Virus record (IMG/VR): IMGVR_UViG_3300032257_000003
Strand: one strand, 5' to 3'
From: an uncultured virus (IMG/VR IMGVR_UViG_3300032257_000003)
Lineage: Duplodnaviria > Heunggongvirae > Uroviricota > Caudoviricetes
DNA length: 64,000 nt
Of the stretch, positions 9,578 to 20,300 are shown piece by piece. The notes under the pieces were generated by a model. The model was not told the origin of the DNA, ran no database searches, and saw only the letters and a list, made by a program, of their open reading frames with translations. The position numbers and the translations under genes are program-made. Within the stretch, counting starts at the first letter, position 1. Every line of letters begins with the position of its first letter.

Positions 9578-10261
9578 ATGAACTATCTGGCTCTATGTAA
9601 ACGATTACGACAAGAAGCCGGTATCACTGGCGATGGTCCTACGACTACAGTGAGCCAGACAGGTCAATTAAAGCGCGTTGTTGATTGGGTGATGCAGGCA
9701 TGGATTGATATCCAGATAATGCGCCCTGATTGGCTATTCATGAATAGTGAGTTCACTTTCAATACAGTAGCCGCTACACGTGATTACCTTGCAGCAGACT
9801 ATTCCATAACTGATTTAAAGCTATGGGATACTAATTCATTTTTGATTTATGAAACGTCAGTTGGCGAGTCAGATCAAAGTGTTATTACATACTTACCGTA
9901 TAAAAAGTGGCGTAATCAGTATCGACCACGAATGAATGATCGTAATGATGATCGACCACAACTATTCACAATCACACCAGATAATAAAGTTCGCTTTGAG
10001 CCTCGTCCTGATAAAATTTACACCATTGAAGGTGATTACAAATTATCAACTCAAACACTTGAGGCTGATGATGATGAAGTAACCGGTCTACCTGAAGACT
10101 TCCATATGGCTATCGTATGGAAAGCACTGATGTATTACGCGCACTATGAAGATGCTGGTGAAGTAATGGATGAGGCTGAGGTAAATTTCGGTAACATGCA
10201 ACATCGACTAGAAATAGAACAGCTCCCAGATATGGACACGGATTACGAGGCATTAGCCTAA
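9578..10261 (+). CDS. Head-tail adaptor / tail tubular protein A
   Basis: MNYLALCKRL start, PRPDKIYTI and LPEDFHMAIV motifs; position. Confidence 0.75.
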   Translation: MNYLALCKRLRQEAGITGDGPTTTVSQTGQLKRVVDWVMQAWIDIQIMRPDWLFMNSEFTFNTVAATRDYLAADYSITDLKLWDTNSFLIYETSVGESDQSVITYLPYKKWRNQYRPRMNDRNDDRPQLFTITPDNKVRFEPRPDKIYTIEGDYKLSTQTLEADDDEVTGLPEDFHMAIVWKALMYYAHYEDAGEVMDEAEVNFGNMQHRLEIEQLPDMDTDYEALA

Positions 10262-12360
10262 TGAACCGGTCTAACTTAGCCAGAAGACCTAAAAACAAAG
10301 TAACTACTAAATCATTCGCACTAAAAGGCGGCTTAAATTTAGTTGATGCTCCAATGTCGATTAAAGACGGTTCTGCTCTAGGTGCAATTAATTATGAAAT
10401 CCTATCCCGTGAAGAGGGATACAGGCGCGTAAATGGCTATGAGCGATATGATGGTCAGGATTCTCCAGGTAATGCCACATACTGGATACTTGATTACGAT
10501 GGTGGAACTGCTGCTGTTTCAGAAGGAGATACTGTCGATGGCGGCACATCTGGCGCTAGTGGTGAGGTATTGCTCGTTGTTGGTGATACGGTATCTGGGT
10601 ATTTGGTTTTAACGTATGTAACTGGTGTATTTCAGGATAATGAAAACATAGAAGTTTCAGCAGCTGTTAAGTCCATTACCAATGGAACCGCTGATTTACG
10701 ATCAGCAGCAACAGCAGCCGATGACTCAACTCATACTCAAGATGCAATAGAAACTCAGCGTGCAAAAATTCTAGCTGTTGGCTCTACAGCAAGTGCCGGT
10801 CCAGTGCTGGGTTGTCACACCTATCAAGGCAGTCAATACGCATTTAGAGATAATACGGCTCGTACAAGATGTGAGATGTGGAAGTCTACAGGTGCTGGCT
10901 GGGTATTGCAGTCACTGGGTAATCGAGTTCATTTTACAGCAGGTACAACTGAGTTTCTTGAAACCGAAACCCTTACCCAGACTGGCACAACCTCAACGAT
11001 TAACCGTGTTGTGGTTCAATCTGGCGATTGGTCAACTAATGATGCAGCAGGTTATTTGATTATTGGAGCCGTTACATCAGGCCCATATGCGGCAGGCGTT
11101 GGCACCAGTGCGAGTGGTTCAGCTACATTAAGTGCAGCTGAAATAGAAAACGTATTACAGCCTGGAGGTAAGTTTGAGTTTGAGAATTATAACTTCTTTG
11201 GTACGTCTGGCTCATTTCGCATGTATGGAGTGGATGGTGTTAGCCCTGCTTTTGAATGGGATGGCACTGTATTTGTACCTATCATAACCGGCAATACAAA
11301 CGACACACCGACCCATTTAGCGATTAATGAATATCATTTAATGCTTACCTTTGAGAAAGGCTCGCTTCAAAACTCTGCTACTGGCACGCCTTATGTGTGG
11401 GCCGGTGGTGGAGCCGCTGAAATTGGTACTGGCGATGAGTTGATTGGCTTAAAGAAAGAGGTAGGGGGCGCACTGGCTATATTGTGTCGTAACCGTACAT
11501 TTAACTTGCAAGGCAAAAATACAACCGATTCACCATGGGACCTAAAAACAATCTCTGATGAATCAGGCGGTATCGAGTGGTCTGTTCAGCGTATAGGAAA
11601 AACAAGATATCTTGATGACCGTGGTTTTACAGAAGTTGGCGCAGTTGATACATATGGCGATTTTAAAGACTCAGTTTACAGTCAGTTAATTGAGCCATTG
11701 ATTCAGGCCCAAAAAGGAAATGTTACAACATCGGTTATCGTTAAGACAAAAAGCCAGTATCGAATATTCTTTACTGATGGAACTGGCATTATATGTACAT
11801 TCAACGGTGATAAGGTCGCTGGCTTTACAATGATGCGCTATACCAATTCAGCAGGCTCAAGTGTGCCTGTTCGTTGTATTAGTAATGGAGAGGACAGCTC
11901 AGGCAATGAAGTTATCTTTTTTGGTTCCGATGATGGTTACTTATATCAGATGGATAAAGGCACCAGCTTTGATGGTGGTGAAGTTTCCGCAACCTTGTTT
12001 ATTAGCTATTCCAATCTTGGCTCGCCTACCCGTGATAAGCAATTTAAGAAAGTTACAATAGAAGCTGATGGTTCAGCAGGCACGTCATTAAAATATAATG
12101 TATTATTAGATTATAGTTCAGGTCGATCACCCGCTGGTATTCAGTTAAATACAGTCATGACAGCCGGTGGCTCATTATGGAATGCAGTATTGTGGAACGC
12201 CTTTAACTGGGCATCATCTGATGTAACTCAGATAGAAGACAATATTGATGGTGTTGGAAGAAACATTGCAATGCAATTTTCATCAGCCAGCACATATACA
12301 GAGCCGCATACGTTATACGGTATCACTTATCACTTTATTTATAGGAAATTGGTGAGATAA
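10261..12360 (+). CDS. Tail nozzle / tubular protein B-like
   Basis: GGLN near N-terminus, beta-rich, follows adaptor. Confidence 0.7.
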   Translation: MNRSNLARRPKNKVTTKSFALKGGLNLVDAPMSIKDGSALGAINYEILSREEGYRRVNGYERYDGQDSPGNATYWILDYDGGTAAVSEGDTVDGGTSGASGEVLLVVGDTVSGYLVLTYVTGVFQDNENIEVSAAVKSITNGTADLRSAATAADDSTHTQDAIETQRAKILAVGSTASAGPVLGCHTYQGSQYAFRDNTARTRCEMWKSTGAGWVLQSLGNRVHFTAGTTEFLETETLTQTGTTSTINRVVVQSGDWSTNDAAGYLIIGAVTSGPYAAGVGTSASGSATLSAAEIENVLQPGGKFEFENYNFFGTSGSFRMYGVDGVSPAFEWDGTVFVPIITGNTNDTPTHLAINEYHLMLTFEKGSLQNSATGTPYVWAGGGAAEIGTGDELIGLKKEVGGALAILCRNRTFNLQGKNTTDSPWDLKTISDESGGIEWSVQRIGKTRYLDDRGFTEVGAVDTYGDFKDSVYSQLIEPLIQAQKGNVTTSVIVKTKSQYRIFFTDGTGIICTFNGDKVAGFTMMRYTNSAGSSVPVRCISNGEDSSGNEVIFFGSDDGYLYQMDKGTSFDGGEVSATLFISYSNLGSPTRDKQFKKVTIEADGSAGTSLKYNVLLDYSSGRSPAGIQLNTVMTAGGSLWNAVLWNAFNWASSDVTQIEDNIDGVGRNIAMQFSSASTYTEPHTLYGITYHFIYRKLVR

Positions 12361-12361
12361 A

Positions 12362-13501
12362 ATGGCTTCAAGATTTTGGAATTTTGTACTGGCAATGGTC
12401 CCCGGCTCTTTAGCTAAGGCAGAAGACGTAAACGATAATCTATCTGGTATTGATACTGCACTGGCATTAATCGAAACAGAGATGGATGGTGCAATACGTG
12501 TTACTACCTCACCTGGCGATACCGCAATATTAGAGAACGCGGCTTCTCGTGCAAATAAATTAATACAATTCAATTCAGCAGGTGGCGTAGAGCTAGGTAC
12601 AGTTGTCGGTGACTGGCAAGGCGATCATGCTGATGCAGCAGGCACAGATTACTATGTTCGTGATGTTGTGCGTGATGCAGCCGCGGCTATCGGTTTAAAT
12701 AATCTTTATATCTGTACAACTGCCCACACTTCTACAGGCGATATTCTTACCGACACTGCTAATTGGTCATTATTGATTGATGTAACTGATTCCGTTACAG
12801 CTCAGTTAGCAGCCGAGGCGGCACAAACAGCAGCTGAGGCGGCACAAACAGCAGCCGAACTTGCTTTAGATAGTTTTGATGATCGGTATCTAGGCGCGAA
12901 GGCGGCAAATCCGACATTAGACAATGACGGTGATGCACTGATTACTGGAGCAACGTACTTTAATTCAGTGGCAAATGTCATGAGAGTCTATACATCAGCA
13001 GCATCATGGGCTGATATAAATGCTTCTGGTGTTCCTGTTTTGCTTGAATCGCAAACAGCGAATAATGATACATCAATAGATTTTACAACCAATATAGATT
13101 CAACCTATGACCATTATTATATTGAAATGGTAAGAGTAAAATTGTCGCTAACATCAACATCGTTCAGGGCAAGATTAAGCCATGCATCAGCATTTAACTC
13201 ATCAACTGTATATTGGACTGCTGGCACGCTTATTGATTATTTCAGGCTTGTTCAAACAGTGGTAAGCATGAATACATTTGCTATGCATGGAACAGTTCAT
13301 ATATATAATGGTGCTGGAGACACACAGGAGCTGCCAAGCGGGTATTCAGACATTCATCTTGGTGGTAACAGCACAGGCCAAGTTAATCAGCATAGATTGT
13401 CTTACAATGTAAATAACATTAATTTAGATGGTATTCAGTTTTTTTGCGATACCGGGCTTATAGTAAGCGGGACATTTAAGTTATTTGGTGTTCCAAAATA
13501 G
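12362..13501 (+). CDS. Tail fibre / receptor-binding-like protein
   Basis: AEAAQTA repeats, FDDRYLGAK..PTLDNDG motif, C-terminal SGTFKLFG. Confidence 0.65.
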   Translation: MASRFWNFVLAMVPGSLAKAEDVNDNLSGIDTALALIETEMDGAIRVTTSPGDTAILENAASRANKLIQFNSAGGVELGTVVGDWQGDHADAAGTDYYVRDVVRDAAAAIGLNNLYICTTAHTSTGDILTDTANWSLLIDVTDSVTAQLAAEAAQTAAEAAQTAAELALDSFDDRYLGAKAANPTLDNDGDALITGATYFNSVANVMRVYTSAASWADINASGVPVLLESQTANNDTSIDFTTNIDSTYDHYYIEMVRVKLSLTSTSFRARLSHASAFNSSTVYWTAGTLIDYFRLVQTVVSMNTFAMHGTVHIYNGAGDTQELPSGYSDIHLGGNSTGQVNQHRLSYNVNNINLDGIQFFCDTGLIVSGTFKLFGVPK

Positions 13502-13540
13502 ATTAATTTTTTTAATTAAATACAGAACAGTGAGCCAATA

Positions 13541-14659
13541 ATGGAAAACCCACAACAAGAAGATTTAATTAAGCCAGAAACTGCAAGCCAGTCTGTTAAG
13601 TCGCAAAATACAACAACTGGTGGCATTATAGCCTCTGCCAAGGCCCCAGAGCGCACGCCAACTACTACAGAAGTCAATGCAGAGACTGATACCGTTGAAG
13701 GTAGATTAAATAACCTAACCGCTAATGGAAGCACATATACGAATCTGGCTAAGAAAGATGCTATTCGCAATTCTAACTCGCGTGGCCTGATAAATAGCTC
13801 AATGTCAGCAGCAGCAGGGACAGAGGCCGCTATTCGTGAAGCGCGTCCAATAGCTGAAGCTGATGCAAAGGCTTATAACGATACCCGATTAAACAATCAG
13901 AACATTACTAACCAGTTTGAAAGCAATCGCCAAAGCGCTGATCTTAATATGGAAACAGCAGCCCAGCAGAGCGCGTTAAATATTGGTGAGGCTAATAATC
14001 AGAGCGCACTATCGAACGAAGAAAACACGCTACTAAATGAATTATCAATGAGGCGTGATAATAATTCTTCATCACTTACCCAAGAAGAAGCCGCTCAATT
14101 AAACCAGCTTGAAATGAGGCGTGATGCTGCTTCATCTGATTTATCAATCAATGAAAGCAATAATCAAACTGAAAACGATATTAGACGTGATGAGAACAGT
14201 GCGCGATTAAATGACGTATCTGACGCATTACGCAGTGCATTAACGAATGAAGAGAATGAGTTTAGTGCCGATCTGGATTTAAGAAACCAGCAAATATTGG
14301 ATAATGACAAGCTATCTGATGAAGTTAAGTTGCGCTATGTAACTGCGATTGAATCAATTATTACGAATGCAAACAACCAGGTTAATGAGATAAGTTTGTC
14401 AGACCGCTCGCCAGAGGCCCAAGCGAGTGCAATACAAACACTTCAAGATAATCGTGACGCACAAATTAGCGTATATCAAGATTTGCTTGATGGCATGGAG
14501 GGATGGAACTGGAGCTCTGACTTCACGCAAGATAATGTAACGCCAACTAATCAAATTCCGAGAGGCGCTGTCGCAGATAACTCTACAATCGGTTATCATT
14601 GGCCTATAGGTAGTGCGGAATATAACAGCCAGTACGGAATTGATGATGACTATGATTAA
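13541..14659 (+). CDS. Putative internal virion (ejection) protein
   Basis: Asn/Ser/Gln-rich helical protein, NSRGLINSSM motif, position. Confidence 0.55.
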   Translation: MENPQQEDLIKPETASQSVKSQNTTTGGIIASAKAPERTPTTTEVNAETDTVEGRLNNLTANGSTYTNLAKKDAIRNSNSRGLINSSMSAAAGTEAAIREARPIAEADAKAYNDTRLNNQNITNQFESNRQSADLNMETAAQQSALNIGEANNQSALSNEENTLLNELSMRRDNNSSSLTQEEAAQLNQLEMRRDAASSDLSINESNNQTENDIRRDENSARLNDVSDALRSALTNEENEFSADLDLRNQQILDNDKLSDEVKLRYVTAIESIITNANNQVNEISLSDRSPEAQASAIQTLQDNRDAQISVYQDLLDGMEGWNWSSDFTQDNVTPTNQIPRGAVADNSTIGYHWPIGSAEYNSQYGIDDDYD

Positions 14660-14669
14660 AGGCAATTAA

Positions 14670-15125
14670 GTGAGCGGAATAAGATTAGGTGATGTACCAG
14701 ACATAAAGCATATTAGTGATGTTGCAGAAGAGCTGCTAGAAGGTAGCTTTTATTCCGGTATAAAGCCTGATGAAAAGAAGTTCAAGATGACAGTTGCCAG
14801 CATGATGGCATATAAGACCGGGTATGTTCAGGTAGTTGTCGATGACAACAATGTTCCACAAGGCTTTTTACTTGGAATGACGGAAGAGTTATTTTTCAGT
14901 AAAGAGCAATACGTTACAGACTTGGCCTTTTACATTAGGCCGGAATATCGAAGGTTCGCACCTAGAATGGTTAAAAAGCTGATAAAATGGGCTAAGACTA
15001 AGCCAAAGGTTTCAAGCATAATGTTAGCTATCACTAGCGGTATGGGTGATGCAGGGAGAATAGGCAAAATGTATGAGAAACTTGGCTTTGAGTATACAGG
15101 CAGTTATTACGTGATGAGGATTTAG
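14670..15125 (+). CDS. GNAT-fold protein (podovirus gp13-like position)
   Basis: FYIRPEYRR and MYEKLGF motifs. Confidence 0.75.
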   Translation: MSGIRLGDVPDIKHISDVAEELLEGSFYSGIKPDEKKFKMTVASMMAYKTGYVQVVVDDNNVPQGFLLGMTEELFFSKEQYVTDLAFYIRPEYRRFAPRMVKKLIKWAKTKPKVSSIMLAITSGMGDAGRIGKMYEKLGFEYTGSYYVMRI

Positions 15126-15127
15126 TT

Positions 15128-15907
15128 ATGTCGAGCACAAGCAAAGTGTTTAGAAAAGCATTAAAAGTAGTTGCTGTTGCTGCTGTGATTTGGTTTACAG
15201 CTGGCACGGCATCAGCATATATGGCGGCTCCACAAGCTGGTATCGGTGCGGCTATGTCATCATCAGCAGCCTCGATGTATACGACCACCGCCTCAGTGTT
15301 CGCAGGGGCGGGAGCCGCCCCCAGCGCAGTAGGATTAGAAGGTGCTGCCGGTATTGATATTGGCGCGACTACATTAGGTGCTGATATGGCATCAGTAGGC
15401 GCTCAAACTGGTGCGGTATCTGCATCAGCTCCAATTGTTGGCACAGAATTAGCTGCTGGTACGGCTGGTGTTGATATCGGAGCAACTTCACTTGCTGGTG
15501 ATCTAGCGGCAGCTGAAGGTGTTGCAGCTGGTGGAAGCGCAGCCGGTGGTGGCTTTACTGGTTGGATGGCAGCAAACCCAGTACCAGCAACTGTATTAGG
15601 AACTGGCTTACTTGGTGCGGCAACTGCGGCAATGAGTGATGATGATAGTGTTGATAAGCGTGATTATGGCTTAGGTGGATTTGATCGTTCTGGTGAGTAT
15701 ACAGGTCAACCGAGTGGCATTGTGGCATCACAGCAAAAACAGGATACACAGCAGGTAGATTCATCAAGAGTAGCAGCACCTATTGTTGCCGGGCAGATGA
15801 ATCAGGCGGTACAACCGGCCCAGCAAAAAAGACCAGTTGAACGTAAAAACTTACCGCAACTTCAAAAGCAGGGGCTAGTGGCCCAGCAACAACAACAGGT
15901 AGTTTAA
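15128..15907 (+). CDS. Putative ejection protein (Ala/Gly-rich, membrane-inserting)
   Basis: Hydrophobic Ala/Gly-rich N-terminal region; follows GNAT gene. Confidence 0.6.
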   Translation: MSSTSKVFRKALKVVAVAAVIWFTAGTASAYMAAPQAGIGAAMSSSAASMYTTTASVFAGAGAAPSAVGLEGAAGIDIGATTLGADMASVGAQTGAVSASAPIVGTELAAGTAGVDIGATSLAGDLAAAEGVAAGGSAAGGGFTGWMAANPVPATVLGTGLLGAATAAMSDDDSVDKRDYGLGGFDRSGEYTGQPSGIVASQQKQDTQQVDSSRVAAPIVAGQMNQAVQPAQQKRPVERKNLPQLQKQGLVAQQQQQVV

Positions 15908-15909
15908 TT

Positions 15910-16533
15910 ATGGAAGGCTTGATGGAAGACAGTACAGAAAACCCCCGGGCTTTTGGTGATGGTGCAGAAATCGAGCCTGAAAGTAATCTTGATGCAGACG
16001 GTAATACCCAGGCATCGGAAGACGAGCAAATGGATAATGATTTTATTGTGGTCCGTGCACGTAAAATGATGTTTGGTGCAGGCCGTGAAAACATATTAAA
16101 GCAATTGGGCTCAAGTCCATCACCCGCTGAAGGTATAGGAAAGGTAGCTTCAATGATGGTTCGTGCACTTGTCCAGTCAGCCAAGGAGGGCGGTAGAGAT
16201 GTATCAGAAGATGCTGCTGTCAATGCTGGCCATGAGATCGGTGAAGACTTAAATGATCTGGCAAAAGCAAACGGTGTATTTGAATATAACTCTCCAGAAG
16301 ATGAAATGGAAGAGCTTCAAGATGCTTCATTATGGGGTGTTAAGTATTACGGTGATGAGATGATTGCCAATAACGAACTAACCCCAGAAATGCAGAAAGC
16401 AGCGCAAAAGGTTATGGCTGATGGTGTTGCCAATGAAGGTGAAGGCATGAAGAAGAAGCCGATTGCCGAAGGTGTTGAGCAGGCAGTTAAGCCAGGTGGC
16501 ATGATAAATAACGCACGACAAGGGGCAGTATAA
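15910..16533 (+). CDS. Putative internal virion protein
   Basis: ORF coupled within ejection cluster. Confidence 0.55.
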   Translation: MEGLMEDSTENPRAFGDGAEIEPESNLDADGNTQASEDEQMDNDFIVVRARKMMFGAGRENILKQLGSSPSPAEGIGKVASMMVRALVQSAKEGGRDVSEDAAVNAGHEIGEDLNDLAKANGVFEYNSPEDEMEELQDASLWGVKYYGDEMIANNELTPEMQKAAQKVMADGVANEGEGMKKKPIAEGVEQAVKPGGMINNARQGAV

Positions 16534-17330
16534 TGTCTAAAGGTATTATAAAAGGCTTTCTTGGTGGTGTCGGTAAAGGCATGGCCGAAATGGGCAAAAT
16601 GCAGATGGCGCATAATCTTAAAAAAGAATCTGACGAAGCAGATGACTTACGTTCACGTGAATTAAATAAAAGTAGGCAGGATTTTGTAGCCGGTGAAAAC
16701 AAACTTAATCGTGAAAGCGCAGAAGGCATTGCCGATAAAAGAGTAGCAGCATCAGCTAAAGACAATTCAACTAGCCAAATGAAGAATGCAGCAGCTATGA
16801 AAAAGCTGGGTTATCCAGATGAAATTGCAGATGGTATCGGCTTTGGTGCGTTGAAGCAGATCAAAGATGAAGAAACCGGTGATATGGTCCTAATCAATGC
16901 GGTTAATAATAAGCCTGTTGGCCGATTAACCACATCTGGAGATAAGAAGGTATGGGTTCCAGAGGGCTCTCAAACGCCTGAAGCCGGCCCATTAACATCA
17001 GATGAATTAAAGAACGCATCAGCAGAGCTCAATGTCGAAGAAGGCAGGGATTCTGATTATATTCCATTCAATGAGTTTGATGGCAGTGATGACAAAACCC
17101 GTGTTCGTGCTAATAAAAAGCGTGAGGCTCGCAGCCAAGGCATTGTTAATAATGCGTCTGGCAACAAGAAAACTACACCAGCTGTCAAGCCTGCCAAAAA
17201 ACATCAAGGTAAGCAATTTACAGCAGCCGATTATAAGAGTAAATTGAAGGCTCATTATAAAGACGCGATTAGTGACGAGAAAATAGAAGAAATGCTTAAA
17301 GCAGCACAAGCCGCTGGGAAAATTAAGTAA
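16533..17330 (+). CDS. Putative ejection protein
   Basis: Amphipathic N-terminus GIIKGFLGGVGKG then coiled-coil. Confidence 0.55.
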   Translation: MSKGIIKGFLGGVGKGMAEMGKMQMAHNLKKESDEADDLRSRELNKSRQDFVAGENKLNRESAEGIADKRVAASAKDNSTSQMKNAAAMKKLGYPDEIADGIGFGALKQIKDEETGDMVLINAVNNKPVGRLTTSGDKKVWVPEGSQTPEAGPLTSDELKNASAELNVEEGRDSDYIPFNEFDGSDDKTRVRANKKREARSQGIVNNASGNKKTTPAVKPAKKHQGKQFTAADYKSKLKAHYKDAISDEKIEEMLKAAQAAGKIK

Positions 17331-17369
17331 AACCTACAAAGATAAAATAACGCCATAAGGGTGCATTAA

Positions 17370-20300
17370 ATGCCAAAGAACATAGATGATTCGTTCATGT
17401 TTGACGAAGAAGACAAGCCAATAGAGCCATCAGAAGAATTTAGCGATGATTTTATGTTTAGCGATGATTTTATGTTCAACGAAGAGCAGGCAGAAGCTGC
17501 GCCCGAACAGATAACAGAACCAAGCCCTTATTCAAAAGACGGTAAACCCCTCCCAACTATGCAGGCTCAAGAGCCTACATTTCTCGATAGTGTTCAAGAT
17601 TTCTTTACTGGTGGCGAAGCACATAAAGCCCGTGCATCAAATGAGCTCGCAGCACGTAGAATAGCAAAAGAGCAAGGCGTTGAAGTTGAAGAGGTCTATG
17701 AGTCAGCTGGCGGTGCACGCCCAATGCTTAATCCAGAAGGCCGCGCACCAGTAAGAGCGTTTGCGGAAGGCGCTGAATTAGTTGGTAGTCAGGCTCCGGA
17801 CCTTGTGCCAGGTGTAGCTAATACCGTGCTTCGTACTATTCGTGGTGGCGATGACACCATGGACGATAGCAGCTGGTTAGATCAGGCCATTGAAGGTACT
17901 GATATCCCACCTGATGAAAATGCGGACCCTAACTATAAGTCTTTTCAGGGCTTAGGTAAGAATCTTGGTTACAGTTTAACGACTATGACCGCAGGTATGG
18001 GCGCGTATGTTGCGGGTTCATTTGCTACAACCCCTTTAGGCGGCACAGTTGCAGCTGGCACAGCATCCAGTGCAGTAGCTTTCCGTGGCTCAAAAGATGA
18101 GTTCATGAGTCGCCAGAAAGAAGCGTTCACTGGTTACTATGAAAAACTGCATGATAGAAAGCCGACACAGGAAGAGTATGACCGTGTTCGTGATGATTTT
18201 AATACCCTGGCTAACAAATACGGTGCATGGGAGGCAATCCCAGAAGCTATTGGTAATATGGTGTTTATCCGTGCATTCGCGGCACCACTAAAAGGCGCTA
18301 CATTAGGCAAGCTAAACACATTCAAAGTAAAAGCAGCTGAAATAGCAGAGCGTACAGCCAATACACTTGCAACAGAAAACATCACTGAAATTGCAACAGC
18401 TATGGGCCAAAACGATGTAGAGCAACAAGCTGGCCTTACAGATCGTGATTTATCGTTATCACAAGCAGCGCGTGAAGTTATTATTCCCACTACATTACTT
18501 ACAACTATTATGGGTGGTGCCGGTGTTATCGGTAAAGCCGGTTATGGCAAATTCAAGAATGTACCTGATTCTGTAAAAAATTCCGTCCATCCTGTTGATA
18601 ATGTAGATTTTGTACCTACCCATAAAGCCAATGGTGGTGTTGATGTAGAGCAAGTCTATAACGATCAGGGCTCGCCAGTTCAGGATACCTTTAAAGATTC
18701 GCAAGGTAATATCATTCGTGATGCCCAGGCAGTAGAGCAAGCGACACCCGCGACACCTACGACAGATAGTGTCGCACCAAAGTATGATATTAATTCATTC
18801 GATATCGAAGCCCAGACAGAAGCAATCAAGGCTGATGTTGCAAAAGGCCGCACAGCAACTCAGGCACGCCAAGGTATTATCGATTCTGTATATGGTAAAA
18901 GCGATTTTGTAACTAACCCATTGCCTGGACAACAATCAGCCCAGCGTCAAATGGATATCAATAACGCTCCAATGGACGTAAACCAAACCATTGAAGCAAC
19001 AAAGCAGGCTGTATTTAAGCGTGGTTCAGGGAATATGCCTGTATCAATGCAGGAGCAGGAAGCCACATTAGCAAAAGCCGCTCGTGATTCTGGCTTATCT
19101 ACACCTGCTGATATCAATCAATATGTTGTTGAGCATCTAACCGATAGCGTTAAACCAGCTGAAACAGTTGAGCAGGCACGCCAGCGCGAAATAGATCAGG
19201 CCCAAACAGGCACCTTTGAGGCACCAGTTACACCCGAGCAAGTAAATCACCCGGTATTTAAGCCAGCGAACCGTCAGCAGGCTATTAGCTTGCAGGAACA
19301 GGCGCGTAATAGCGGATTAACCGACCCTACAGAAATCAATCAATACGTTATTGAGCACGCAACAGGCACGGTAAAAACCCAGTCTGAAAAAAACCAAGGC
19401 ATTATTAATAACGCCCGCGACATTACCGAAGCATCGCATATTAATGATGAGGCAGATAAGGCAGCAGCCTCACCAAACAACGATAAGGTAATGACGCATG
19501 ACGAAAAACAGCTCGATGACGGGAACTACGTCAAGGGACACCCTAACGTGCAGGGTTTTGATATTGCTATTGAGAATCCAGCTGGCAGCATACGCAAGAA
19601 AGGATGGCCTAAAATGGCCCACCACTATGGCGATCTTACTGGTACGACTGGTGCAGATGGCGACCCTATCGATGTATTCATTAAAACAGACGCTGATATC
19701 AAGGCCGATGCACCGGTTTACGTTGTTAATCAAAAGGACCCCAAAACAGGGAAATTTGACGAACATAAAGTAATGATGGGTTTTGATAGCGCCGAAGATG
19801 CCAAAGCTGGTTATTTAGCGAATTATACAAAAGATTTTGATGGCTTCATGGACGTTATTGAAACCACGCCAGATACATTAAGTGAGTGGGCGAGCTCCGG
19901 CAATACAAGTCAGCCGTTTGATGGGAATATCGAACAAGATGAAATGGTTGGTTATGACGATCTTCAAGATGCACCGGTCAGCGAAGAACGCCGTGCTGAT
20001 GGTGGCGAGCGTGTGGACCGTAGAACGAACAATAAGGCCCGTGAGCAGTACGATAAGCTAACACGCGAGGAATTAATCAACATCATACTGACTCATGAGC
20101 TAACCGGCATTAAAGGTCGTAGAGCGTTTGTTATTGAGCAAGATGATGCACATCACTTTGTATCGGTTGATGCTGATTCGCTTAAATGGATTAACGATAA
20201 TATGTCACCTGATAATGGTGATATGTTGTTGCAGTCAGTTGCGGACGCATTAGTGCAGGAATTTGGCTATGACAATGTGTATCACATATCTGGTGATGAA

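Noticed and set aside
12822..12860. 21-nt tandem repeat
   Set aside because: Encodes the AEAAQTA coiled-coil repeat of the fibre
17440..17476. Short tandem repeat as CRISPR-like or regulatory array
   Set aside because: Two 18-nt in-frame copies encoding SDDFMF; no spacers
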